Shown here in pieces: positions 55,392-64,000 of a stretch of DNA of 64,000 bases. This DNA is from Pseudomonadota bacterium. GTDB taxonomy: Bacteria > Desulfobacterota > Binatia > UBA9968. Under the pieces are notes generated by a model, which was given only the letters and a program-made list of their open reading frames with translations, had not been told where the DNA came from and did not search any database. The translations under genes were made by a program, and so were the position numbers. The DNA lies in contig JAJPJQ010000038.1 in assembly GCA_021324155.1 (NCBI GenBank), positions 83,904 through 147,903 of the forward strand. Reading direction: 5' to 3'. Position 1 is the stretch's first letter. Every line of letters begins with the position of its first letter.

Positions 55392-56294
55392 TTACTTCTC
55401 GGCGGGAATATTAATTTTCCGCGACCATTCGAGCCATTCTTTTTTCGCTTCGCTGTAAAGTGGGAACGCCATGCCATTGCGCGCCGGCTTCGATTCGGGA
55501 TCCTCGGGCGTCGCGAACTCGACGCCGCCGGCGACAACCGAGCGGAGCGATTCGATTTTCAGCTCGATGCCGCGGAAAAGCCCGGCGTTGAAGTCGACGC
55601 CGCTCACGTTCCAAAACTTGGAGCCCGTGCGCACCAAGCCGGCATAGCGCTGGCGAATGAAGACGTTAACGTTCACGACTTTCGCGTCGTTGCTAAGCTG
55701 CGTATCCTGTATGACGCCCACGTCGACGCCGCGATAGTATACCGGCGAGTTGGGGCGCAGCGAGCCGGCGCGGGTGGTCACGAGAACCACCTTGAGACCG
55801 CGCCGCTCGAGGATGACCGGCGAGGTCTCCAGACCGACGAATTCTTTTTTCTCCGCGCCGGTTCCCGGCAGAACCTCGATGTGCGGGCCGGAGATGACGG
55901 TTCCTAGCCCGCTGATGTTGCCGAACCCTAGCTCCGGGCGAACGATCCAGAAGACCGACCCCTCGCGGGCGACGGAAACCCGCGCGCGCGTCAGACGCGC
56001 CGTGACGACCGCGTGATCGAGGTCGTCGGCCAGCGCAACCGTCGTCACCTGGCCGATCGGCACGCCCAGATGCTGGATCCATGTCTCGCCGGCCCTGATG
56101 CCGTCGGCGTCCTTGAAGACGATCGTGATCGTGGGACCGTACGCGCGCGAGCGCTCAAAAACCAGATAGCCGGCGACGATTGCGGCGACCAGCGGGACGA
56201 CCCAGATGATGGGGAAGCTCCACCGCCGTTTGCGCACCGCAGCCCGGGGCAAATCGTCCGCGGTTGTCTCGGGGTACTGTTCGGGATCGCTCAT
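55392..56294 (-). CDS. MCE/MlaD-family protein (PqiB-like, single MCE domain, N-terminal TM)
   Basis: Start at internal ATG MSDPEQY (ORF artefactually extended to 56939). TM then MCE domain. 4-nt overlap with the pqiA-like gene. Confidence 0.7.
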   Translation of the reverse strand: MSDPEQYPETTADDLPRAAVRKRRWSFPIIWVVPLVAAIVAGYLVFERSRAYGPTITIVFKDADGIRAGETWIQHLGVPIGQVTTVALADDLDHAVVTARLTRARVSVAREGSVFWIVRPELGFGNISGLGTVISGPHIEVLPGTGAEKKEFVGLETSPVILERRGLKVVLVTTRAGSLRPNSPVYYRGVDVGVIQDTQLSNDAKVVNVNVFIRQRYAGLVRTGSKFWNVSGVDFNAGLFRGIELKIESLRSVVAGGVEFATPEDPESKPARNGMAFPLYSEAKKEWLEWSRKINIPAEK

Positions 56295-56893
56295 TTGTTT
56301 TCCGGCTCCCAGATCAACTTGGGATCGAAGCTTGCCGTGGCGAGAATCGTGAGCACGACGACGCAGGCGAACGGCAGCAGGCCCGGACCCGGGTACACGC
56401 TGGCCAGCTGCTGCAATCTGACGAGGGCGACGAGAATCGCGAGGAGAAAAACGTCGAGCATCGCCCACGGGCCGATCGTGTCGATGAACTTGAAGATCCA
56501 CGTCCGTTGTCGGCGGCGCGCTGCGGAGCCGAGCTTTGCCGTGATCGTCAGGTAGAAAAGTCCCACCAGCTTGAAAAACGGGATGACAATGCTCGCGAGA
56601 AAAACAATCACCGCGACCAGATATTGGTCGTCCTGAAACAGTCTGATGCAGCCGTCCCAGATCGTGTTCTCGGTATAGGCCCCGTAATAATACATGCGCA
56701 GAATCGGGTAAATATTTGCCGGCACATAAAGGATGAGCGCGGCGAGCGACAGAGCCGCCGTGCGAGCGAGGCTGTCGTGGCCGCGTCGCGCGAGAACGGC
56801 GCCGCAGCGGCTGCATTCCGCCACCATTCCCGGCGCGATTTCTGCCACTAGCTGCCGTTGGTTGCATGTCGGACAGAAGACGATGGTTTCCAT
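56291..56893 (-). CDS. pqiA: Paraquat-inducible protein A (PqiA)-family membrane protein, single module with N-terminal zinc ribbon
   Basis: Start METIVFCPTCNQ...CSRCGAV (CxxC...CxxC) then 4 TM segments. 200 aa. Confidence 0.7.
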   Translation of the reverse strand: METIVFCPTCNQRQLVAEIAPGMVAECSRCGAVLARRGHDSLARTAALSLAALILYVPANIYPILRMYYYGAYTENTIWDGCIRLFQDDQYLVAVIVFLASIVIPFFKLVGLFYLTITAKLGSAARRRQRTWIFKFIDTIGPWAMLDVFLLAILVALVRLQQLASVYPGPGLLPFACVVVLTILATASFDPKLIWEPENK

Positions 56894-56950
56894 AGGCAAA
56901 AGTGCTAAACAGTATAATAGGGAACCGCGTACGCGGCAACGGGGACTTCT

Positions 56951-58741
56951 ATGTCTGCGCGCATCGAAGATTACGCACTCATCGGCGACTGTGAGACCGG
57001 CGCCCTGGTAGGCCGCGACGGGTCGATCGACTGGCTTTGTTTCCCCCGCTTCGACTCGCCCGCTTGTTTCGCCGCGCTGCTCGGCACGCCGGACCACGGC
57101 CGCTGGCTGATCGCGCCCGCGGGCGAGGTTCGTGCCGTCCGCAGGCGCTACCGCGCGGGCACTCTCGTTCTCGAAACCGAATTCGAGACCGCCGAGGGCG
57201 TCGCGACGGTGATCGACTGCATGCCGCCGCGCACGAAAAATCCCGATATCGTCCGCATGGTGGTGGGAAAGCGCGGCAAAGTTCGCATGTGCGTCGAGCT
57301 GATCATTCGGATGGATTACGGATCGCTCGTACCGTGGGTCAGACGCACCAAGCGCGGGCTCTACGCGGTCGGCGGCCCGGACGCGCTGCTGCTCACCACG
57401 CCGGTCGAACTCACGGGCGAGAATTTTCGCCATGTCGGGGAGTTCACGGTCTCCGAGGGACAGCGCGTGCCGTTCATCCTCACGTGGGGACCGTCGCATT
57501 TGCCGGCTCCGCCCCAGGAGGATGTCGAGAAAGAGATCGACGCGACGGAGAAATGCTGGCGCGAGTGGTCGCAGCGCTGCACCTATGAAGGCGAATGGCA
57601 TGACCCGGTCGTCCGCTCGCTCATCACGCTGAAAGCGCTCACGTACGCACCGACGGGCGGTCTCGTCGCCTCGGTCACGACTTCGCTACCCGAATGCATC
57701 GGCGGCGTGCGCAATTGGGATTATCGCTATTGCTGGCTGCGCGATTCGACGTTCGCGCTCTACGCGCTCATGATGGGCGGGTATGCCGAGGAGGCCAAGG
57801 CATGGCGTCAGTGGCTGCTCCGCGCCGTCGCCGGCAAGCCGTCGCAGGCGAGCATCATGTACGGCGTAATGGGCGAGCGCCGGCTGCCCGAGCTGACGCT
57901 CGATTGGCTTCCGGGCTACGAAGGCTCCGCACCGGTGCGTATCGGCAACGCCGCATCGCAGCAATTTCAGCTCGACGTTTACGGCGAAGTGATGGACTCG
58001 CTTCACTTCGCGCGAAAAGTCGGATTAGAGCCCGACGAGAATACCTGGAATGTGCAATGCGCGCTGGCGAAGTTCGTCGAATCCGCGTGGTGCGAGCCCG
58101 ACGAGGGAATCTGGGAGGTGCGCGGACCGCGGCGCCACTTTACCCATTCGAAGGTGATGGCCTGGGTCGCCCTCGATCGGGCCGTTAAAGCCGTCGATCG
58201 CTGCGGCCTCGAGGGACCGGCGGGGCGATGGGGTGAGGTGCGAGATAAAATCCATGCGGAGGTTTGCGCGCGCGGCTTCGATCCGCAGCTCGGGTCGTTC
58301 GTGCAATACTACGGCGGTAAAGAGCTCGACGCGAGTCTGCTGATGATTCCGTTGGTGGGTTTTTTACCGGCGACGGACCCGCGCATGGTGAACACCGTCA
58401 AGAAAATCGAGCAGGAGCTTGTCTACGACGGTTTCGTCAACCGCTATACCGAAGCGCCGCAGGTCGACGGGCTCCCGCCCGGCGAAGGCGCGTTCATCGC
58501 CTGCACTTTCTGGCTCGCCGATAATCTCGCGCTCCAGGGACGCCGTGCGGAAGCGCGCGATATTTTCGAGCGCATGCTCGCGATTCGCAACGAAGTGGGT
58601 CTGCTATCGGAAGAGTACGACCGCAGGCGGCGGCGTCTCGTGGGGAATTTTCCCCAGGCTTTCTCTCACGTCGGATTGATCAACACCGCGTGCAACCTGA
58701 GCCGCGGCGGCGGCCCCGCGCACGATAGAAAAGAGAGTTAA
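56951..58741 (+). CDS. Glycoside hydrolase family 15 protein (glucoamylase/trehalase-like)
   Basis: 596 aa. GH15 (alpha/alpha)6 catalytic-domain motifs (WLRDS, general acid region). Confidence 0.8.
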   Translation: MSARIEDYALIGDCETGALVGRDGSIDWLCFPRFDSPACFAALLGTPDHGRWLIAPAGEVRAVRRRYRAGTLVLETEFETAEGVATVIDCMPPRTKNPDIVRMVVGKRGKVRMCVELIIRMDYGSLVPWVRRTKRGLYAVGGPDALLLTTPVELTGENFRHVGEFTVSEGQRVPFILTWGPSHLPAPPQEDVEKEIDATEKCWREWSQRCTYEGEWHDPVVRSLITLKALTYAPTGGLVASVTTSLPECIGGVRNWDYRYCWLRDSTFALYALMMGGYAEEAKAWRQWLLRAVAGKPSQASIMYGVMGERRLPELTLDWLPGYEGSAPVRIGNAASQQFQLDVYGEVMDSLHFARKVGLEPDENTWNVQCALAKFVESAWCEPDEGIWEVRGPRRHFTHSKVMAWVALDRAVKAVDRCGLEGPAGRWGEVRDKIHAEVCARGFDPQLGSFVQYYGGKELDASLLMIPLVGFLPATDPRMVNTVKKIEQELVYDGFVNRYTEAPQVDGLPPGEGAFIACTFWLADNLALQGRRAEARDIFERMLAIRNEVGLLSEEYDRRRRRLVGNFPQAFSHVGLINTACNLSRGGGPAHDRKES

Positions 58742-58747
58742 GACCTC

Positions 58748-61555
58748 TCATTTCCCCGCCAGCAGCGCCACTGGGAACGAGCGAAAAACATCGGCCAATC
58801 GCAGCCGCTTCTCGCCGCCGGCGCCGGCATCGATCTCTTCGCCGGTGAAAACATTGATCCAGCGCTTCGCGCTGCCCGCCGGCAGCGTCAGGGTGCTGTC
58901 CCGCCAGACATCGTTTCCCAGCGGCAGAGCGCCGGCCGGCGCCAGACGCGTGGTAAAGCGCGGAGCCGCGACCAGCGCGGCGCGTTCGCCGCTCCGGCGC
59001 AAAGACGCGCAGACGCTTTCTTTCATCTCGCCGCCGGCGTAGAGCGGCACATAGTCGCCGCTGCGAAACAATTCGTTCTCCTCGCGACGGAGATTCAGTC
59101 CCTTGTAGATTGTGTAAAGCTTGACGCGGCCGTCTCTCCAGCGCTCCAGCAATTCGCGGATGAGCCCGGCTCGGTCTTCTTTCTCCCTCCGCTTGATATC
59201 CGTCAAAATCCGCGCGCGCAGCTCGAAATCCACCGGTCTCCGGTTGTCGGGATCGACGAAGTGGAGATCCCACAGCTCGGTGCCTTGATAAAAATCCGGA
59301 ATGCCGGGCGCGGCGACTTTGAGCACTGCCTGCGAGAGCGAATTCAGCATGCCGTGAAACGCGATCTTCTGCGCGAAAGGCAGAAAGTCGTTCAAAAAGG
59401 CTGTCGGGGGCTCGGTTTTGAGAAACTCTTCGGCAAAGCCGACGAACGCCTCTTCGTAGGCGATATCGGGCTTCAGCCACTCGGTGTGCACCTTCGCTTC
59501 GCGCACTGCTTTGATCATGTACGCTTTCAAGCGCTCGCGGTATTCGCCCGCGTCGCCGTCGAGCGGAAAGCTGCCGGCCAGCGTCTGGTATAGGAAGTAT
59601 TCGTCGTTCGAGTCGGGAACGTCTCTTCCCTTCGCGCCGCTGCGTTTCGGATTGAGCCGCCGCCAGCCCGAAATTGCCTGATCCCACTCCGCCGGAAGCT
59701 CGGAGAGAACATTGATGCGCGCGCGCATATCCTCGCCGCGCTTGGTGTCGTGCGTCGCCGTGGCGCTGAGCGCGTGCAGCCAGCGCTTGACGCGCGATGC
59801 ATTATACTGATGAAAGGTTTCGAGACCGACGCCGAAGCGACTGGGATCGCTGCCGACCTCGTTGAGCGAGACGAGGCGGTTGTAGATGTACAGCGCCGTG
59901 TCCTCGAAGCCCTTGGCCATCAGCGGACCGGTGAGCTGCTGAAAACGCATCACGAAGTGAATCCACTGGTCGCGCTCTTCGGGCGGCAGCGGCCGCGCGG
60001 GATCGAGAAACAGGAATCGCTCGATGAAGCTGAGCTCCAGCTGAAGACCCGGGTTCGACTCCTTCGCGCGGCTCACCGCCTCTTTCAGACGGAAGCGGTC
60101 CTCGTCGCTATAGTCCTCGCGGTTGACGTATGTGCGATAGATCGGGAAAAAGGCCAGCACCTCGACGAGGCCGCGCTTCAATCCGTAAAGCGTGATATCG
60201 CCCGCGTAGCGGTCGCGGCTCGATATCGCTTTCATCAGCCGCGCGAGCGAGTCGACGTCGCCAGCCATGTGCTTGCCGATGATCAGCCGCTTCTTCTCGC
60301 TGACGAGATCGAGATAAGGCGTGTGAAACTCGGCGAAGCGCCGGTAGATATCCGAAAACGCCGGCTCGTTTTGTTTATCGCAGAAGAGCCCATTCAGATA
60401 ATTCAAAAACTGATAGCCGGTCGTGCCCTGAATCGGCCAGCTTTCCGGCAGCGGCTCGTCGAGCACGAGAATTTTTTCGACAGTCAAATAGGCGTCGCCG
60501 GCATATTGGCGCAGCCGACGGAGATAATTCGCCGGATCGTACAGACCGTCGATGTGGTCGACTCTCAAGCCGGTGAATTTTCCCTCGCGCACGAGCTGCA
60601 AAATCAGCGCGTGCGTGGCGCGGAAAACCTTTTCGTCCTCGACGCGGACGGAGATCAGCTCGTTGATGTTGAAGAACCTTCGATAGTTGATCTCTTCGGT
60701 CGCGACCTTCCAGAACGAGAGGCGAAAAAGCTGCTCGGTGAGAAGCTGATCGAGGGCGTTGAAGCTCTCCGGTTTGCCCGGCTCGCCGTTGAGCCGCGCG
60801 ACGTTGCCCTCGATAAAAGTTTTAATCTCGCCGTTGCTGGTATAGAGCTCCCACAGCATGCGCTTGACGAAGCTGATTTGCGCCGCGCGGTCGGCCTCTT
60901 CCTCGTTCGCAGGCAGATTCTTCAGCACGTAAAGAACACCGAGCAGCTTGATGAAATCGGCATGGTCGCCGCCGAGCTTTCGCCGCAGGCCGCTGATGCC
61001 TTGGTTGAACACCATCCAGTACGAGTCGATGTAAACCGGCAGGCTTAGATTGTAATAGCGGACCTTGAGTCCATTCTCCCCGTATTCGAGCTTGATCTCA
61101 CCCTTTTCCAGGGCCTCGCCGTAAAAGCTGCCCAAAAACGGCGCCAGAACTTTCCCCTTGATGCTTTCGTAAGGATACGTCCAGTCGATGTCGAAAAAAT
61201 CGGCATAGGGAGAGGCCTGCCCGTTCTCCAGGATATCCATCAGCATGCGATTCTCGCCGTCGAACGCCATGTGGTTGGGCACGATGTCCTGAAGCCAACC
61301 CATGCCGCGCTCGCGAACATCGGCGATGAGCGCGTCGAACTCCTCCGGCGCGCCCAGTTCCGGGTTCAGACGATTGGGATCGACGACGTCGTAGCCGTGC
61401 GTGCTCCCGCCGCGCGCATGAAAAATCGGCGACGCGTAAACATCGGATATGCCCAAATCGTCCAGATAGGCGAGGATCGCCTTTGCCCGCGCAAACGGGA
61501 AGTCTTTGTGGAACTGCAGACGATACGTGGCGGTGGGAATTCGCGGGTCAGGCAT
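58748..61555 (-). CDS. treY: Malto-oligosyltrehalose synthase TreY
   Basis: Start MPDPRIPTATYRLQFH (classic TreY N-terminus). GH13 subfamily. 8-nt overlap with glgX. Confidence 0.85.
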   Translation of the reverse strand: MPDPRIPTATYRLQFHKDFPFARAKAILAYLDDLGISDVYASPIFHARGGSTHGYDVVDPNRLNPELGAPEEFDALIADVRERGMGWLQDIVPNHMAFDGENRMLMDILENGQASPYADFFDIDWTYPYESIKGKVLAPFLGSFYGEALEKGEIKLEYGENGLKVRYYNLSLPVYIDSYWMVFNQGISGLRRKLGGDHADFIKLLGVLYVLKNLPANEEEADRAAQISFVKRMLWELYTSNGEIKTFIEGNVARLNGEPGKPESFNALDQLLTEQLFRLSFWKVATEEINYRRFFNINELISVRVEDEKVFRATHALILQLVREGKFTGLRVDHIDGLYDPANYLRRLRQYAGDAYLTVEKILVLDEPLPESWPIQGTTGYQFLNYLNGLFCDKQNEPAFSDIYRRFAEFHTPYLDLVSEKKRLIIGKHMAGDVDSLARLMKAISSRDRYAGDITLYGLKRGLVEVLAFFPIYRTYVNREDYSDEDRFRLKEAVSRAKESNPGLQLELSFIERFLFLDPARPLPPEERDQWIHFVMRFQQLTGPLMAKGFEDTALYIYNRLVSLNEVGSDPSRFGVGLETFHQYNASRVKRWLHALSATATHDTKRGEDMRARINVLSELPAEWDQAISGWRRLNPKRSGAKGRDVPDSNDEYFLYQTLAGSFPLDGDAGEYRERLKAYMIKAVREAKVHTEWLKPDIAYEEAFVGFAEEFLKTEPPTAFLNDFLPFAQKIAFHGMLNSLSQAVLKVAAPGIPDFYQGTELWDLHFVDPDNRRPVDFELRARILTDIKRREKEDRAGLIRELLERWRDGRVKLYTIYKGLNLRREENELFRSGDYVPLYAGGEMKESVCASLRRSGERAALVAAPRFTTRLAPAGALPLGNDVWRDSTLTLPAGSAKRWINVFTGEEIDAGAGGEKRLRLADVFRSFPVALLAGK

Positions 61556-63755
61556 GGCGCTCGCTCTGCGATGATTTGCGGCGCGCCCTAGGACGCGCCG
61601 ACGGCTGCTCGCCGTTTGTCGGCTCGCCGTGCAGACGGAAAAGCGCAAACGATCGGCCCTCGAGATCGAAGACTTCGCCGGCGCGCCTCACCTGCTCGCC
61701 GTCTCGTCCGACCGGATGCCGGGTATCGAGCAAAAGCTCCCATCGAAGCCGCGGTTTGTGCGCCGGCAGCACGAACGGCAGCGGCTCATAATGCGCGTTG
61801 AGAAGAATCAAAAGCGAATCGCCGACGACGCGGTTGCCGCGCTCGTCGAGCTCTTCGATCGCATCGCCCGCCAGCCGCAGGCCGAAGCAGCGCGTCTCGG
61901 AATTGTTCCAATCGTCCTCGGTCATCTCTTTGCCGTCGAGGCGAAACCAGGTGAGGTCCTTGACCTCCGAGCCGCGGATCTTCCGGCCTTGAAAAAAATG
62001 GCGGCGCCGCAGCACCGGCTGCTCCTGAAAAATTTTGATCACATAGCGCGTGAATTCGAGCATCTCCTGGCGCGGGCGGTCGAGATCCCAGTCGATCCAG
62101 GAAATCTCGTTATCCTGGCAATAGGCGTTGTTGTTGCCGTTTTGCGTGCGGCCGATCTCGTCCCCCGCGAGCAGCATCGGCACGCCCTGCGACAGGATCA
62201 ACGTCGAAAGAAAATTGCGGATCTGCCGCAGGCGCAGGGTGTTGATCGCCGGATCGTCGGTCGGACCCTCGGCGCCGCAGTTCCAGCTGAGGTTGTCGTT
62301 GTTGCCGTCCTGGTTGTTCTCGCCGTTCGCCTCGTTGTGTTTCTCGTTGTAGCTCACGAGGTCGTTCAGCGTGAAACCGTCGTGCGCCGTGACGAAGTTG
62401 ATGCTGGCGTAAGGCTGCCGGCCGTTGCGGCCGTATAAGTCCGACGAGGCCGTGAGGCGGTACGCCAAGCTGCCTACCTGGCCGCCGTCGCCCTTCCAGT
62501 ACCGGCGCACGGTATCGCGGTAAAGCCCATTCCACTCCGCCCACAAGACCGGAAAATTTCCGACCTGGTATCCGCCCTCGCCGAGATCCCACGGCTCGGC
62601 GATGAGCTTCACCTGCGAAAGGACCGGGTCCTGATGCATGATGTCGAAGAAGGCGCCGAGACGGTCGACCGCGTGCAGCTCGCGCGCGAGCGCGGCGGCG
62701 AGATCGAAACGGAAACCGTCGACGTGCATCTCGAGCACCCAGTATCGAAGGCTGTCCATAATGAGCCTGAGGACCTGCGGATGCGTCATGTCCAGCGTAT
62801 TGCCGCAGCCGGTGTAATCCATGTAATAGCGCCGGCTGTCGGGAACGAGCCGGTAATACGACGCATTGTCGACGCCGCGAAAGCTGATCGTCGGGCCGAG
62901 ATGGTTCCCCTCGCCCGTATGGTTATAGACCACGTCGAGAATTACCTCGATGCCTTCGCGGTGCAGCGCCTTCACGAGCGTCTTGAATTCGTTCACCTGC
63001 TGGCCCAAAACCCCGCTGTGCGAATAGCGCGCCTCGGGCGCGAAGAAGCCGATGGAATTGTAGCCCCAATAGTTCGTCAGCCCCTTGTCGATGAGATGCT
63101 TGTCGGTGACGAACTGATGCGCCGGCATCAGCTCCACGGCCGTGATGCCCAACTCGGAGAGGTAATCGATCACCGCCGGGCACGCGAGGCCGGCGTACGT
63201 GCCGCGCAGCTCGCGCGGCACCTTCGGATGGCGCGCGGTGAATCCTTTGACATGCGCCTCGTAAATCAGCGTGCGGTGCCAAGGAATTCGCGGCGGCGCA
63301 TCGTCACCCCAGGTAAACGCAGGGTCGATCACCATGCACTTCGGCAAACCCGCCGCGCTGTCGAGCCGGTCGATGGAGAGGTCCGCCTGCGGGTGGCCGA
63401 ATTTGTATGCGAAGAGCGAGTCGTTGACATCGATGTTGCCGGCGATCGCTTTTGCGTACGGATCGATGAGAAGCTTGGCCGGATTGAACCGGTGACCGTC
63501 GTTCGGCGCGTAGGGGCCGTGAACGCGATAGCCGTAAAGCTGCCCGGGCCGCGCCTCCGGCAGGTAGACGTGCCAGATGTGCGCGTTACGGTCGACCATG
63601 GGAATGCGAGCGGATTCACGGCTCGCGTCGGGGGTATCGAAGAGGCACAGCTCCACTTTGGTCGCGTTCTCGGAAAAAATCGAAAAATTGACTCCGGAGC
63701 CGTCCCACGTCGCGCCTTGGGGAAACGGGCTTCCGGTCCAGACGATCCAGCTCAT
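61548..63755 (-). CDS. glgX: Glycogen debranching enzyme GlgX/TreX (GH13)
   Basis: 735 aa. Typical GlgX N-terminus (MSWIVWTGSPFPQGATWDGSGVNFSIFS) and GH13 catalytic motifs. Confidence 0.9.
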   Translation of the reverse strand: MSWIVWTGSPFPQGATWDGSGVNFSIFSENATKVELCLFDTPDASRESARIPMVDRNAHIWHVYLPEARPGQLYGYRVHGPYAPNDGHRFNPAKLLIDPYAKAIAGNIDVNDSLFAYKFGHPQADLSIDRLDSAAGLPKCMVIDPAFTWGDDAPPRIPWHRTLIYEAHVKGFTARHPKVPRELRGTYAGLACPAVIDYLSELGITAVELMPAHQFVTDKHLIDKGLTNYWGYNSIGFFAPEARYSHSGVLGQQVNEFKTLVKALHREGIEVILDVVYNHTGEGNHLGPTISFRGVDNASYYRLVPDSRRYYMDYTGCGNTLDMTHPQVLRLIMDSLRYWVLEMHVDGFRFDLAAALARELHAVDRLGAFFDIMHQDPVLSQVKLIAEPWDLGEGGYQVGNFPVLWAEWNGLYRDTVRRYWKGDGGQVGSLAYRLTASSDLYGRNGRQPYASINFVTAHDGFTLNDLVSYNEKHNEANGENNQDGNNDNLSWNCGAEGPTDDPAINTLRLRQIRNFLSTLILSQGVPMLLAGDEIGRTQNGNNNAYCQDNEISWIDWDLDRPRQEMLEFTRYVIKIFQEQPVLRRRHFFQGRKIRGSEVKDLTWFRLDGKEMTEDDWNNSETRCFGLRLAGDAIEELDERGNRVVGDSLLILLNAHYEPLPFVLPAHKPRLRWELLLDTRHPVGRDGEQVRRAGEVFDLEGRSFALFRLHGEPTNGEQPSARPRARRKSSQSERHA

Positions 63756-64000
63756 CGCTCGCTCCTTCCGCTCACCGCCTCACGGCTGAACAATGCGAAT
63801 GCGCGGCCGGCGATCTCGAACGTCGCCGGGCGTTCCGCGTCGATCCGGCGCTCGAGTGCGCTTCCCTTCCCTTGCCATTTCGCCTCCGCCGAATCGATCA
63901 CTTTGCTCCAGCTTCCGGAAACGAATGAACTATCGAACTTATGCGGTGCCGCATCGAAGTTGTAGACGATCAAGCTCTCGTCGGCCGCACTCCAGCGCCG
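63752..64000 (-). CDS. Partial CDS (C-terminal ~80 aa only; the gene continues beyond the window). Possibly another alpha-glucan-active enzyme such as TreZ
   Basis: Open frame to the window edge. The stop overlaps the glgX start (ATGA). Function not assignable from this fragment. Confidence 0.35.
   Translation of the reverse strand, partial: RRWSAADESLIVYNFDAAPHKFDSSFVSGSWSKVIDSAEAKWQGKGSALERRIDAERPATFEIAGRAFALFSREAVSGRSER

Noticed and set aside
1-64000. tRNA, rRNA, transposase, integrase, toxin-antitoxin, restriction-modification or other recognised defence genes
   Set aside because: Scanned ORF translations and intergenic regions. None of these were recognisable. The accessory character of 4.5-26 kb rests on surface-protein paralogs, pseudogenes and composition, not on mobile-element genes.

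Overview
High-GC (roughly 65-70%) bacterial chromosomal segment with dense coding on both strands and many ATGA/TAATG overlapping gene junctions. I found no rRNA, tRNA, CRISPR array or transposase in it.

Gene content, left to right:
(1) A FadR/GntR-family regulator translationally coupled to a three-gene 2-oxoacid:ferredoxin oxidoreductase operon (gamma-delta fusion, alpha, beta). A FadR-type palindromic operator sits in its promoter.
(2) A conspicuously lower-GC tandem array of three paralogous CSLREA / right-handed beta-helix / choice-of-anchor-Q type surface proteins. Each carries an unusual conserved ~85-aa N-terminal domain before a single hydrophobic segment. The third copy is frameshifted. 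A fourth, N-terminally truncated and decayed copy lies inverted about 6.5 kb away.
(3) A TctCBA tripartite tricarboxylate transporter.
(4) An accessory-looking stretch: AlkA-like glycosylase, two lipoproteins sharing an uncharacterised ~170-aa domain (one fused to a Peptidase_MA-like HExxH domain), a Pro-rich membrane protein, a Yip1 protein, an isochorismatase-like hydrolase, an M20 peptidase, and a TSP3-repeat calcium-binding secreted protein.
(5) An adenylate-forming-enzyme-like gene preceded by an in-frame duplicated fragment of its own N-terminus, an unknown 386-aa protein and a polysaccharide deacetylase.
(6) A prokaryotic ionotropic-glutamate-receptor-like channel (GluR0 architecture) translationally coupled to an M48 lipoprotein peptidase.
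(7) Enoyl-CoA hydratase and aldehyde dehydrogenase genes, then an ArgJ / adenosine-deaminase / HAD-nucleotidase-GNAT fusion / GNAT operon.
(8) An MFS transporter and a Fbp/Thi-type ABC importer.
(9) VOC and F420-type LLM oxidoreductase genes.
(10) A complete respiratory supercluster: Alternative Complex III ActABCDEF(+G-like), SCO1, and caa3 oxidase CoxBACD.
(11) A PqiA-MCE pair, a GH15 hydrolase, and a TreY-GlgX(TreX) trehalose-from-glycogen module whose upstream gene runs off the window.

The most novel-looking elements are the N-terminally extended beta-helix protein array with its decay products, the shared-domain lipoprotein pair, the iGluR-like channel, the duplicated-N-terminus enzyme locus, and small inverted-repeat intergenic elements.
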